This document shows, piece by piece, positions 8,238 to 17,386 of a stretch of 27,256 bases of DNA. Position numbers and translations under genes: made by a program. Source of the DNA: a virus (taxonomy: Duplodnaviria; Caudoviricetes); the IMG/VR virus record IMGVR_UViG_3300020045_007891, positions 1 to 27,256 of that record. One strand, 5' to 3'. A model generated the notes under the pieces. That model did no database searches and was not told the DNA's origin. It saw nothing but the letters and a program-made list of their open reading frames with translations. The first letter of the stretch is position 1. The number at the start of each line of letters is the position of its first letter.

Positions 8238-9797
8238 TTGGAGATTTTCAGATTGTTTGGATCGGTGTTCCTTAAATCCGATGAAGCAGACAAAGGGTTG
8301 GATAGCATAGATAAAAAAGCTGAAGGCGTCGGCGGGAAACTCGGGAGCATGATTGGAACAGCCGCAAAGGTTGGTGTAGGAGTTGCTGTTGGTGTAGCTG
8401 GGGCAGCAACAGCAATGTTTGGTTTAGCACAAAAGACATCCGATGCAGCGAGTCGGATATCAGACATGTCTCAAAAACTCGGGATGACAAACGAGTCGTT
8501 TCAAGAATGGGATTTCATTCTTGCACAAAGCGGAACATCGGTTGATTCCATGCAAGCTGGCATGAAAAAACTAACAAACCAATTCGATGATTTGGGGAAT
8601 GGCGGGAAAACTGCGACTGATGCTTTTGGCGCATTGGGGCTCACCTATGAAGACCTTCAGGGCAAAACGCAAGAAGAAATATTTTCAACCACAATAACGG
8701 CGCTACAAGGGATTGAGGACACCACAAAAAGGGCGGCAATAGCCAATGACTTATTGGGTAAATCGGGATCAGAATTAGCCCCACTATTAAATGCTGGTGC
8801 TGGTGCGGTTGATGATTTAAAAACAAAAGCGCACGAACTTGGCATTATCATGTCAGATGATGCGGTTAATTCAGGCGAAGAATTTGGCGATACTATGGAT
8901 CAGTTAAAAGCAACTCTTGGTGGACTGTTTAACCAGGCGTTAGCGCCATTGTTGCCAGTAATAAATGATCTAGCGCAAAAGTTTATACAGTTGTTACCGC
9001 CGCTTATGAGCATTATACAACCTTTAATAGAAAAACTTGTCCCTGTTATTTCAAGATTAGCTGAAGCGTTGTTGCCTCCATTTATGAGGATTCTTGAAGC
9101 TTTAATGCCTGTACTTGATCCATTGATCGACTTGTTTTTGATGTTAGTCGATACAGCATTAATGCCATTAATAGATCTTTTTGCGCAATTAATAGAAGTA
9201 CTATTACCTCCAATGACAGAACTGTTAATTGCTTTGATGCCCGTTATTAAACCTATACTTGAAATATTCGGTGAATTGGCAAAGATTGTACTTCCGCTAT
9301 TGGTCGAAGTGATTCAGTTTATTGTCGATACCATTGTACCATTATTAACAACAGCTTTTGAAAAACTTGGGCCAGTTCTTGATAATCTATCAGAAAAATT
9401 CAAAACAATATTCGATGGGATCAAAGGGATCGTTAAAGGCGCGGTAAACTTCTTGATTGATGGCGTGAACCTATTGATCCGTGGACTTAACAAGATTCAT
9501 TTCAGCCTCCCTGATTGGATACCTGGTGTTGGAGGAAAGTCTTTCGGAATAAATATCGGCGAGATCCCGAAACTAAATATAGGGACTAATTATGTTCCAA
9601 ATGACATGATTGCTATGCTGCATAAGGGTGAGGCTGTTGTGCCAAAAGCATATAACCCATCAGCGGGTGGACAAGCCCAGATTGTTTTTGAACGTGGCGC
9701 ATTTGATGGGGCATACATGATGGACGATTATGGGGTAGACAAGGTAATGGACCGTATCATCACAAGATTACGTGGAATGGGGTTGAGTCCTGGATGA
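8238..9797 (+). CDS. Tape measure protein (short, 519 aa)
   Basis: MEIFRLFGSV start (TTG after GAGGTGG); amphipathic Pro/Leu periodic repeats; C-terminal GTNYVP...LHKGEAVVP. Confidence 0.9.
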   Translation: MEIFRLFGSVFLKSDEADKGLDSIDKKAEGVGGKLGSMIGTAAKVGVGVAVGVAGAATAMFGLAQKTSDAASRISDMSQKLGMTNESFQEWDFILAQSGTSVDSMQAGMKKLTNQFDDLGNGGKTATDAFGALGLTYEDLQGKTQEEIFSTTITALQGIEDTTKRAAIANDLLGKSGSELAPLLNAGAGAVDDLKTKAHELGIIMSDDAVNSGEEFGDTMDQLKATLGGLFNQALAPLLPVINDLAQKFIQLLPPLMSIIQPLIEKLVPVISRLAEALLPPFMRILEALMPVLDPLIDLFLMLVDTALMPLIDLFAQLIEVLLPPMTELLIALMPVIKPILEIFGELAKIVLPLLVEVIQFIVDTIVPLLTTAFEKLGPVLDNLSEKFKTIFDGIKGIVKGAVNFLIDGVNLLIRGLNKIHFSLPDWIPGVGGKSFGINIGEIPKLNIGTNYVPNDMIAMLHKGEAVVPKAYNPSAGGQAQIVFERGAFDGAYMMDDYGVDKVMDRIITRLRGMGLSPG

Positions 9798-11581
9798 GGG
9801 ATTTAAAGATATCTGGCGTATCAGTCACATTTGTCAGCAATTGGGGTATATCGGACAAGATTAATTCCCGATCAACGGCACAATTTACGGTGCTAGATAT
9901 TAAAACTTTACCGGGAATTGATGCCGGTGACAGCGTAGCATTGTACAGTGATAGTGTACTTATCTTTTCCGGGATTGTGACATCGCTTAGTCGGTATGAG
10001 GATGTTCCAGGCGAACTGCATTACAATATTAGCGTATCAGACAATTGTGCAAGGGCAGATAAAAGAATCATCGCAGATGTCATTGAGCACGCAAATTTGC
10101 GAGAAATCATCAATAACTATATACTCCCTATACTGGCTGAAGAAGGGGTGACATTAGGAGATATTGCACAAGGTCCGACAATTTCAAAGGCCGTTTTCCG
10201 ATACGTAAAGGTATCGGATGCTTTGGATCATCTCATGAAAATCACCGGATACAATTGGAACATTAACAAAAATAATCAATTGAATGTTTTTGACAGGTCA
10301 GAATATATCGCTCCTTGGACTCTTGATGATACTGTCCAACACAAAAATTTTGTACAAAACGCATCAATGAATCAGTATAGAAATACTCAGTATGTTCTTG
10401 GTGGAACGGGTAAAACATCACAACAATCATCTGAGGTTCCAACGCCCAAACCGGATGGAGTTTCACGAAAGTTTATTACCCGGTATCCTTTAGCAGAAAA
10501 ACCGATAATTACAATCAACGGTGCTTCCATTGACTCATCAGAAATTGGCGTTAATGGACTCGACAAGGATAGACGATGGTATTTCTCTTATAACTCCAAT
10601 GTAATCACACAGGATAATTCTGAGACGGTGTTAATTGACACAGATAGCATTAGCGTGACCTATTATGGGCTTTATCCTATTAGGGCAGTTGTTGATAATC
10701 AAGATGAAATTGACACGCGTCAGACAGCTGAACCAGGTACATCGGGTGTATATGAATGGGCAACAACTGAAACAAGCCTAACAACTGTTCAACAAGCCGT
10801 TGAATATGGAAACGGTTTAGTTACAAAGTATGGAACGGTACCAGATAAAATCACATTCAACACTGAAGTCCCAGGGCTTATTGCTGGGATGCTTTTGCCA
10901 ATTGTCAAGCCTAGATATGGAATCAATGACAGTTACTTGATTGATTCCATAAGCATAAGACCTATTGCAGACGGAATTGTGTATTCTGTGACCGCGCTTG
11001 ATGGTGCCTCCCTTGGCGGTTGGGAGATGTATTTCAAGGAATTAATCAATGGCAAATCTACAAACGTTAGCACATCAGACAATGATGTGCTTGTTGTAGC
11101 AAAAAGATTGCGGTCATCCATAACATCATATACGCCAGCACAATGCGGAGATGGCACACAATGCGGGGATGGTACAGTTTGTGCTGGTGGAAAATCGGGT
11201 GCGATATCTCAGTTTTTATCGGGAATAAATTATGGCGCTGTTGGTACTGGGTCATCTCCAACGATAGGTGATACCGGAATAGATGCTGAGGTTAATCGAC
11301 AAGTGACGACACTTTCCAACCAGCAGGGCGATAAAGTCTTGATAGATGTTTTCTTCGACCAGGATGATGGAAACGGGAGTACGTTGACTAATGCTGCAGT
11401 GTTGCTCGGCGGGACAAGCTCAAGCGGTACCGGTACTGTAATTGCAGGTGGCGCAATTAATGTTGTAAAGAACAGCGGCAAAACATTGACATTGTCAGCA
11501 GAGATTACGGTAACAGAATCACCTTTGTTTGTAGAGATTGACGGTGACACAGAGATTGATGGCGACACCGAACTTTGGTAG
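9794..11581 (+). CDS. Tail tip/baseplate hub protein
   Basis: Overlaps the TMP stop. Hub-like N-terminus (LIFSGIV, ALDHL...GYNWNI); C-terminal AVGTG...DAEVNR...KNSGKTLT domain typical of minor tail proteins. Confidence 0.7.
   Translation: MRDLKISGVSVTFVSNWGISDKINSRSTAQFTVLDIKTLPGIDAGDSVALYSDSVLIFSGIVTSLSRYEDVPGELHYNISVSDNCARADKRIIADVIEHANLREIINNYILPILAEEGVTLGDIAQGPTISKAVFRYVKVSDALDHLMKITGYNWNINKNNQLNVFDRSEYIAPWTLDDTVQHKNFVQNASMNQYRNTQYVLGGTGKTSQQSSEVPTPKPDGVSRKFITRYPLAEKPIITINGASIDSSEIGVNGLDKDRRWYFSYNSNVITQDNSETVLIDTDSISVTYYGLYPIRAVVDNQDEIDTRQTAEPGTSGVYEWATTETSLTTVQQAVEYGNGLVTKYGTVPDKITFNTEVPGLIAGMLLPIVKPRYGINDSYLIDSISIRPIADGIVYSVTALDGASLGGWEMYFKELINGKSTNVSTSDNDVLVVAKRLRSSITSYTPAQCGDGTQCGDGTVCAGGKSGAISQFLSGINYGAVGTGSSPTIGDTGIDAEVNRQVTTLSNQQGDKVLIDVFFDQDDGNGSTLTNAAVLLGGTSSSGTGTVIAGGAINVVKNSGKTLTLSAEITVTESPLFVEIDGDTEIDGDTELW
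11139..11174 (+). repeat. 2 x 18-bp tandem repeat encoding QCGDGT
   Basis: cacaatgcggagatggca / cacaatgcggggatggta. Confidence 0.85.
11533..11568 (+). repeat. 2 x 18-bp tandem repeat encoding EIDGDT
   Basis: agagattgacggtgacac / agagattgatggcgacac. Confidence 0.85.
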
Positions 11582-11593
11582 GAGGAATCACAA

Positions 11594-12613
11594 ATGATTG
11601 GAGATTATTCACAGGTTAATTGGGTTGATAGAGTTGATGGCGTATCGCCAGGAACAGAGATAAACGCGGCTAACCTTGGTAATATGGATGACAAAATAAA
11701 AGAGTTAGATACATCTACGGCCTCTTTGGCGAAGTATCCAACAGCAGGAGGAACAGGCACAGCAATAACCGTAACCGTTCCCCATTTTGGTAACACTGAC
11801 AGTGAATCATTTACATTTATAGCCTCTGCTCCTAATGCAGGAGCCGCCACAACAATAGCTGTAAATGGCGGTACTGCGTATTCTGCATACAAACCAAATA
11901 CTACAAATGCCCCAAATATCATAAGCGGTAAAGCCTATACATTCTGGAAATCAGGTATAAGTTTTTTTGTTAAAGCCAGTGCTGAGGGTGATGCAATTGC
12001 TTCGCAAGTGCTGGCAACAAAGATTTTCAGCACAGATACAGACACGGGCATTGCTGGAACTATGCCAAACAGGGCAGGAGATAATGTTTGTTTATCGAGT
12101 AGCGTCACTGGAACAACCTTAAAAATTGTACCACCAGAAGGATATTACGATGGGGTGGATGATGCGGCAACGATTACTGATCCGGATCTTGTGCCAGCTA
12201 ATATAAAAGGAAATGTTAATATGCTCGGTGTCACTGGCACACTGCCATTAATACCATCAGGTAGCACACGTCAGATTAGTGAATCTGATAACGGGAACAT
12301 AGGCGGCAGTGCCACTTATGTTTTAGTATGTACATTTACAATGGCAGCCGGAACTGGCGGTAACTATACAATGTACTTTAATGTGTATTCTGAGGGAGGT
12401 ATAGGGACTTCAACGTATAGCATTAGAAAAAACGGTGTTGAAATCGATACATTTTTGGCAGGGATATATCCGTCTGGATACACAAATCATGTTATAGCAT
12501 TATCACAAGGGTTATCAACAGGGGATGTAATAACGGTATACGGGAAAGTGTACAACGGAGCAGGAGGACAAATAAGTGCCTGTTATTTTTGCGCAGGGAA
12601 TGTTGCCACATAA
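11594..12613 (+). CDS. Tail fibre / receptor-binding protein
   Basis: GTEINAANLGNMD N-terminus, then GTMPNR, PEGYYDG and ANIKGNVNMLGVTGT fibre motifs, ending in a beta-rich C-terminus. Confidence 0.8.
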   Translation: MIGDYSQVNWVDRVDGVSPGTEINAANLGNMDDKIKELDTSTASLAKYPTAGGTGTAITVTVPHFGNTDSESFTFIASAPNAGAATTIAVNGGTAYSAYKPNTTNAPNIISGKAYTFWKSGISFFVKASAEGDAIASQVLATKIFSTDTDTGIAGTMPNRAGDNVCLSSSVTGTTLKIVPPEGYYDGVDDAATITDPDLVPANIKGNVNMLGVTGTLPLIPSGSTRQISESDNGNIGGSATYVLVCTFTMAAGTGGNYTMYFNVYSEGGIGTSTYSIRKNGVEIDTFLAGIYPSGYTNHVIALSQGLSTGDVITVYGKVYNGAGGQISACYFCAGNVAT

Positions 12614-12622
12614 GGAGGTTCT

Positions 12623-12844
12623 ATGGAGATTATTAAATTCACTACAGATGATGAAAAACAAGAGATAGTATTGCAAAAACAAGCATTAGGGCTACATATG
12701 GTTGCTGAGTACCAAATTCCAGAAGGTAAATTCGTGTGGTTTGACCAGACACCGAATCCGACACAAATAACGATTGACCAAAGGCTTGAAAGCATTGAAG
12801 ATACCCAAGACCTAATCCTTTTGAAACTGGAGGGGATCATCTAA
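12623..12844 (+). CDS. Small fibre-associated protein with C-terminal coiled coil
   Basis: AGGAGG RBS; position after the fibre gene. Confidence 0.6.
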   Translation: MEIIKFTTDDEKQEIVLQKQALGLHMVAEYQIPEGKFVWFDQTPNPTQITIDQRLESIEDTQDLILLKLEGII

Positions 12845-12990
12845 TGGCAAAACTAACAGAAAAGCAAGAGCTATATACTGGAAAACTTGAACGGCTTATC
12901 GGTAAGGGCTTAATTGGGGTAGATGACATTAAAGACACTACCCTGAAAGCGGAAACTGATAAGCGGATTAAGGCAAAGAATAATTTATAA
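12844..12990 (+). CDS. 48-aa protein, XkdX-like by position (absent from ORF track)
   Basis: MAKLTEKQELYTGKLERLIGKGLIGVDDIKDTTLKAETDKRIKAKNNL; GGAGG RBS; TAATG overlap with the previous gene. Confidence 0.7.
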   Translation: MAKLTEKQELYTGKLERLIGKGLIGVDDIKDTTLKAETDKRIKAKNNL

Positions 12991-13023
12991 AAGGTTTATT
13001 AGACGAAAGATCGGGGTGGTTAA

Positions 13024-13161
13024 ATGTTTACATTTACATTAGGGCTTTTGGGCATAATGCATCGGGTTGTCCAATCTGCCACTGGCTGGGTGCTGACCAC
13101 TTTGGGCATATGGGATGATTCTGGGGTATGGGATGATACGAAAACATGGACGGAGGTGTAG
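13024..13161 (+). CDS. 45-aa Trp/Asp-repeat peptide (absent from ORF track)
   Basis: MFTFTLGLLGIMHRVVQSATGWVLTTLGIWDDSGVWDDTKTWTEV; GGGGTGG RBS; its 3' end carries the RBS of the next gene. Confidence 0.65.
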   Translation: MFTFTLGLLGIMHRVVQSATGWVLTTLGIWDDSGVWDDTKTWTEV

Positions 13162-13164
13162 TTA

Positions 13165-14439
13165 ATGTCGAATCAGATGTTAAACAATGGAGATACCGGG
13201 TTACAAATAAGGACCAAAATCAATGAAATGTTTACAGAATTATATGATCAAGGGATAATGATTAATTCAGATCATGTATTTGCAGACAACACAGCTAGAG
13301 ATGCTTATTTTACAGCGAATCCAACGGAAAAAACTGACGGGGTTTTAATATCGGTCGGGATTGGGTTTCAGCAATGGGATGCCGATACAACCGCATGGAT
13401 TGACAAAACGGCTATTATTAGCGGTGATGCCATTTCATTTGTTGATAGTGCATCTATAAATTTCACATATGACCCAGAGACAGGTAACCTTACGGGTGCT
13501 GTTATTGATAATTCAAGTACTCAAAAAGTGCAATTACTTAATAATGGAACGCTAATCGGGACACGAAAATCTGTTAATCTAATCCCCGGCACAAATGTCA
13601 CCATGACAATTGCAGATGACGTTGCAAATGATCGGGTTAATGTAACTGTCAATGCATCAGGCGGTGGGGGAGGGGCATTATATCCAGCTATCCCAGTTGG
13701 GTCAGCGGTTAAAAGCGGAAACATTGAAGCTGTGATTTCATCAATCGACTACACAACGGACGTCATTAGTTGTGCAACATCGGACTTGTCTGGGGTGTCG
13801 GTTGGGATGAGGGTGTATACAACGCTTAACACGGATGTTAGTAATACATATCTTCCAAATGTACTCCCTTACGGGTTTGGGCATTCCACAAGAAACTATG
13901 TTATCGCAGTCGATCCAGTTGCAAAAACCATGCAGGTATCTGCCGCCGCAGGTGGTGCATCGATAGATTTCACAGTAAACGCTAATGTTGATTTTACAAA
14001 GTTTCATATGGAAGTGACACCAAACACAGCAGCGGATTCGCTTGAAGTTACTGGACTATCCCCTAAGAAAAGATATCGTGCGGTCTATGTAGGTAAGATC
14101 GCAGCATCTCAAAGTGTCTTTTTATCGCCAACGACATGGATTGATGAATCAACATGGTCAACAAGCGCAAGCTGGGGAAGAATCCCCGGCACATACGATG
14201 GTACTGTCGGGGCATTTGGAGAAGCAACTTTCTGGACAGACGAAAGTGGGTCATATGCGACCTCTCGCAGTATAGTCGTTAAACATAATAATGCAACAGG
14301 GCATACAAAGACTGATACTATTGTTAACGGGCTTTCGTTTGCTCATAATGACACAGCATTTACTGCGATTAAGGTGCAAGTCAATAATGATAAATTTATG
14401 AATGGATCAAAATTACTGGTCTATGAAGCAACCGATTAA
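13165..14439 (+). CDS. Second fibre/spike-like structural protein
   Basis: NNGDTGLQIRTKINEMFTELY anchor-type N-terminus, SGGGGG linker, beta-rich C-terminus. Confidence 0.65.
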   Translation: MSNQMLNNGDTGLQIRTKINEMFTELYDQGIMINSDHVFADNTARDAYFTANPTEKTDGVLISVGIGFQQWDADTTAWIDKTAIISGDAISFVDSASINFTYDPETGNLTGAVIDNSSTQKVQLLNNGTLIGTRKSVNLIPGTNVTMTIADDVANDRVNVTVNASGGGGGALYPAIPVGSAVKSGNIEAVISSIDYTTDVISCATSDLSGVSVGMRVYTTLNTDVSNTYLPNVLPYGFGHSTRNYVIAVDPVAKTMQVSAAAGGASIDFTVNANVDFTKFHMEVTPNTAADSLEVTGLSPKKRYRAVYVGKIAASQSVFLSPTTWIDESTWSTSASWGRIPGTYDGTVGAFGEATFWTDESGSYATSRSIVVKHNNATGHTKTDTIVNGLSFAHNDTAFTAIKVQVNNDKFMNGSKLLVYEATD

Positions 14440-14451
14440 TTAGGAGGGTAT

Positions 14452-15171
14452 ATGAGCGCAACGGCAAGATTTTTAAGACCGCTATTAACCAATGATAGCG
14501 TTGATTTAACGCATCTCAAACAAAATGTATTAAACTATTTAAAAACATCGAACCTTGTGGGTAAAAAATGGGCGTTTGTTGGTGATTCAACAAGTGGATA
14601 TACGGATGTATCATTTTCAGATGTAATAGCTGCCCAAACAGGTTGTACTAGGAGAAATCTTTCTGCGTCTGGATGGAGGATGATGCGTATATCTGGGCTA
14701 ACAAATTGTTTGCTTGACAAGTTGACACAATTAGACGGAACAGAAGATTACATAACTATTCTTGCGGGGTACAATGACCGTGGAACAGATGAAACAAATG
14801 GGTTTGTTGCGGGAACTCAATTTTCTAGTGGGGCAACTTTAAACGTAGACGAATCTACCTTTTGGGGAGCATACAATAAAGCGATGTTGACTATTTTCGG
14901 GAGATGCCCGAATGCTAGAATTGGTGTTATGACAATATTACCAAATGGGACTGACCGTAGCTCACAGGTAAGTCTTGATGTAAATGCGATTATAAAGGCG
15001 TGTGCCGCTTATTTTACTGTTCCTGTTCTTGATCTGTATAACGAGGTTCAGCTTCCGGTGCAACTAGCAGCAATTAATACAGCATACACACTAAACGACA
15101 GGTTACACCCAAATGATGCAGGACATGCTATTATAGCAAGGAAAATCAGACCATTTTTGGAGTCACTATAA
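14452..15171 (+). CDS. SGNH/GDSL hydrolase (putative acetylesterase)
   Basis: Block I FVGDST, block II SASG, block III GYND, block V DRLHPN. Confidence 0.92.
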   Translation: MSATARFLRPLLTNDSVDLTHLKQNVLNYLKTSNLVGKKWAFVGDSTSGYTDVSFSDVIAAQTGCTRRNLSASGWRMMRISGLTNCLLDKLTQLDGTEDYITILAGYNDRGTDETNGFVAGTQFSSGATLNVDESTFWGAYNKAMLTIFGRCPNARIGVMTILPNGTDRSSQVSLDVNAIIKACAAYFTVPVLDLYNEVQLPVQLAAINTAYTLNDRLHPNDAGHAIIARKIRPFLESL

Positions 15172-15244
15172 TACGACTAAGACCGATTAGGCGTACGATC
15201 ATGAAGCACCTTAAACTGAATAATTACCAATGATTCATCAAAAA

Positions 15245-15270
15245 GCCATCCTGGAAGCAGGGTGGTTTTT
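15245..15270 (+). terminator. Intrinsic terminator
   Basis: GCCATCCTG-GAAG-CAGGGTGGT stem followed by a T run. Confidence 0.8.
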
Positions 15271-15293
15271 ATATTAGAAAGGAGCCTATTTAT

Positions 15294-15617
15294 ATGTTAG
15301 ACATAAATAATTACTCTCCACAAACGGGGAGAAAACTCAGGGAAGACAACACAAACTTTAACGAGGCTGATTTTTGGGCAGGCGCAAGTGGACATGATGG
15401 GTCAAAATTCATAAGTGACACAACAGCAACCACCCCAGCAGAAGGACTTGTGTTCACCGTAGTCCAAGTGATTGAGGATGCTGTCTTTATTACCCTAACA
15501 GGAAACATGTCAGGGTCTATTGCTGGAGTAACCTTTTCAGCAGGAACAGCTTTTTGCGGAAGATTCTCAGCGGTCACGTTGGCATCCGGTAAAGTTATAG
15601 CCTATCAAGGGGTGTAG
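15294..15617 (+). CDS. Small beta-rich virion protein, possible head-spike base
   Basis: AAGGAG RBS; ends GVTFSAGTAFCGRFSAVTLASGKVIAY. Function is inferred. Confidence 0.5.
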   Translation: MLDINNYSPQTGRKLREDNTNFNEADFWAGASGHDGSKFISDTTATTPAEGLVFTVVQVIEDAVFITLTGNMSGSIAGVTFSAGTAFCGRFSAVTLASGKVIAYQGV

Positions 15618-15630
15618 GAGGACATGTTGC

Positions 15631-15924
15631 ATGGGAACAGTCTCGATAGTTGTCTTAATAGGGGCAGCAGGTACAATTTTTGGGATTGTATTTGGCTATA
15701 TTGGTTATACCCGAGGAACAAAAAAAGAGTGTAAAGATGACGGACGAACAAACGGCGCCATGATGTCAGACATTGGGTATATCAAGTCAGGGGTAGATGA
15801 TCTCAAGCGGAAACAAGAAACCTCTGAGCAACGGCATTATGACCTAGTCGAGAGGGTTACACGAGTGGAAGCGTCTGCGGATCAGGCGCACAAAAGAATT
15901 ACTGAAATTAAAGGAGGTACATAA
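15631..15924 (+). CDS. Holin-associated membrane protein (N-terminal TM plus coiled coil)
   Basis: One hydrophobic helix, then IGYIKSGVDDLK...ERVTRVEASADQAHKRI, commonly found at the start of Firmicutes phage lysis cassettes. Confidence 0.75.
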   Translation: MGTVSIVVLIGAAGTIFGIVFGYIGYTRGTKKECKDDGRTNGAMMSDIGYIKSGVDDLKRKQETSEQRHYDLVERVTRVEASADQAHKRITEIKGGT

Positions 15925-15927
15925 ATC

Positions 15928-16245
15928 ATGAAAGACTTTATCTTTACAAATTGGGAGCTATGCGCTGCCATTGCATTCGGGTTCATCGCAATCCTAGTTT
16001 TGGTTTTAATGGGACGATGGGCGATTCTACGAGGAATCATATACAAACTCATGCTGACAGCAGAGATGTTATTCAACTCCGGAGAAGGCACAAAGCGTTT
16101 TGAGGCTGTCTTAAATGCTCTATATATTAAGTACCCTATTCTCATCCTATTACTATCCGAGAACAAGCTGAGAGCCACGATACAGGGCTATTTCAACAAA
16201 GCAAAAGATTGGGCTGACGATGGGACAATTAACGGATCCAATTAA
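15928..16245 (+). CDS. Putative holin (LL-H-like)
   Basis: N-terminal TM helix; AE.LF.SGEG.KRF motif. Confidence 0.7.
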   Translation: MKDFIFTNWELCAAIAFGFIAILVLVLMGRWAILRGIIYKLMLTAEMLFNSGEGTKRFEAVLNALYIKYPILILLLSENKLRATIQGYFNKAKDWADDGTINGSN

Positions 16246-16269
16246 CGGGAGGTGATCCCAATATCTAAC

Positions 16270-16303
16270 GCGGTGGCTAATGCTACCGCTTTTCTGTTTT
16301 TTT
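16270..16303 (+). terminator. Terminator-like hairpin inside lysis cassette
   Basis: GCGGTGGC-TAAT-GCTACCGC followed by TTTTCTGTTTTTTT. Confidence 0.7.
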
Positions 16304-16316
16304 GGAGGAATTATTT

Positions 16317-17378
16317 ATGAATTATGGATTAGGAGCTCTGTATTCTTCTGTTGATCAAAAAGATTACACAATTGCAAAATACTCTCCGGAGATGATTGAT
16401 AAAAATAAACCAGTTCCAGAAGTGTCAGCAATATTCAGGCAGCTGCATATCGACAATCAGGAAAGTAGCTTATGTTGTTCGGCTTATACTATGGCCAACA
16501 GAGCGACTGTACGCTTATACCAACGAACAGGTGAATATGTTCTGATGTCACCAGCTGCTTTTTACACTGATAGACAGTACATGTCATATGTGGGCGAGGG
16601 CATGATGGGAAGGGACTCACAGCAAGGCGCAAGAAAATCAGGGTTCATCCGAAGAGATCTTTTCCCGTTGCCTCATGGGAGCTATAACCAGTGCCGTGAT
16701 GTCTTTGGTCTAAAAGAGAAGCTGTATCGTGAACAGGCTGTCAACATGCGTACAGATGGCTTTGCGAACCTCAAAGATGTTTATGAGTTGGCTCAGTACA
16801 TCCAGCAAGAGAAAATCGGGACTTGGATGGCATTTGATGTTTATAGCAATATAAACAATGCAGCACCCACAGGGATCATTGAACAGCCATCCGGTACAAA
16901 GCTTGGTGGACATGCAGTTTTTGCCCATGATGTGGTATATCGAAATGGGCAGCCCTATATTAAATTTCCTAACACATGGGACAAGACATGGGGAGATAAG
17001 GGATGGGGTTACTTGCCGGCTAATTTAATGAGAGAAGCTTGGGGCGATTTTGATAGGTCACCTATAGATGAATTAAGTCTGGCAACAGAGATCATCTTTT
17101 TCACAAAAGACATTGACCAATCTATGAATACAAAAGTCATTTGGACGGATTGTAAGACTCTTGATTTTCCGGATGGATCTGGCGCCATCGCTGATGACCG
17201 AGGCAAGATAACAATAACTAAAGGGAAAGCAATAACGTTTTTGGAAGAAAGATCAATGGTATGCATCAACCCTATCATATCTGCCATTGGATGGACTCTT
17301 GAATATTATGGCGATTACTTCATCATGACAAAAGGCAAAACAGAAGGTAAACTTCGCAAAGAACTTGGGCTTGGTTAG
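16317..17378 (+). CDS. Papain-like (C1 family) cysteine peptidase with C-terminal putative cell-surface-binding domain
   Basis: DNQESSLCCSAY (Gln/Cys), GGHAV (His), PNTWDKTWGDKGWGYL (Asn). ATG 16317 follows GGAGG. Confidence 0.88.
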   Translation: MNYGLGALYSSVDQKDYTIAKYSPEMIDKNKPVPEVSAIFRQLHIDNQESSLCCSAYTMANRATVRLYQRTGEYVLMSPAAFYTDRQYMSYVGEGMMGRDSQQGARKSGFIRRDLFPLPHGSYNQCRDVFGLKEKLYREQAVNMRTDGFANLKDVYELAQYIQQEKIGTWMAFDVYSNINNAAPTGIIEQPSGTKLGGHAVFAHDVVYRNGQPYIKFPNTWDKTWGDKGWGYLPANLMREAWGDFDRSPIDELSLATEIIFFTKDIDQSMNTKVIWTDCKTLDFPDGSGAIADDRGKITITKGKAITFLEERSMVCINPIISAIGWTLEYYGDYFIMTKGKTEGKLRKELGLG

Positions 17379-17386
17379 GAGGAATT

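Noticed and set aside
8930-9400. Periodic sequence in the tape measure gene as a repeat array or CRISPR
   Set aside because: It is degenerate protein-level helical periodicity typical of TMPs; there are no identical DNA repeats with spacers.
11961-11970. T7 run in the fibre gene as a phase-variation or frameshift site
   Set aside because: The ORF reads through in frame (SFFVK); nothing else supports slippage.
11594-14439. Diversity-generating retroelement or invertible cassette acting on fibre genes
   Set aside because: No reverse transcriptase or invertase, and I saw no template/variable repeat pair or flanking inverted repeats in this window.
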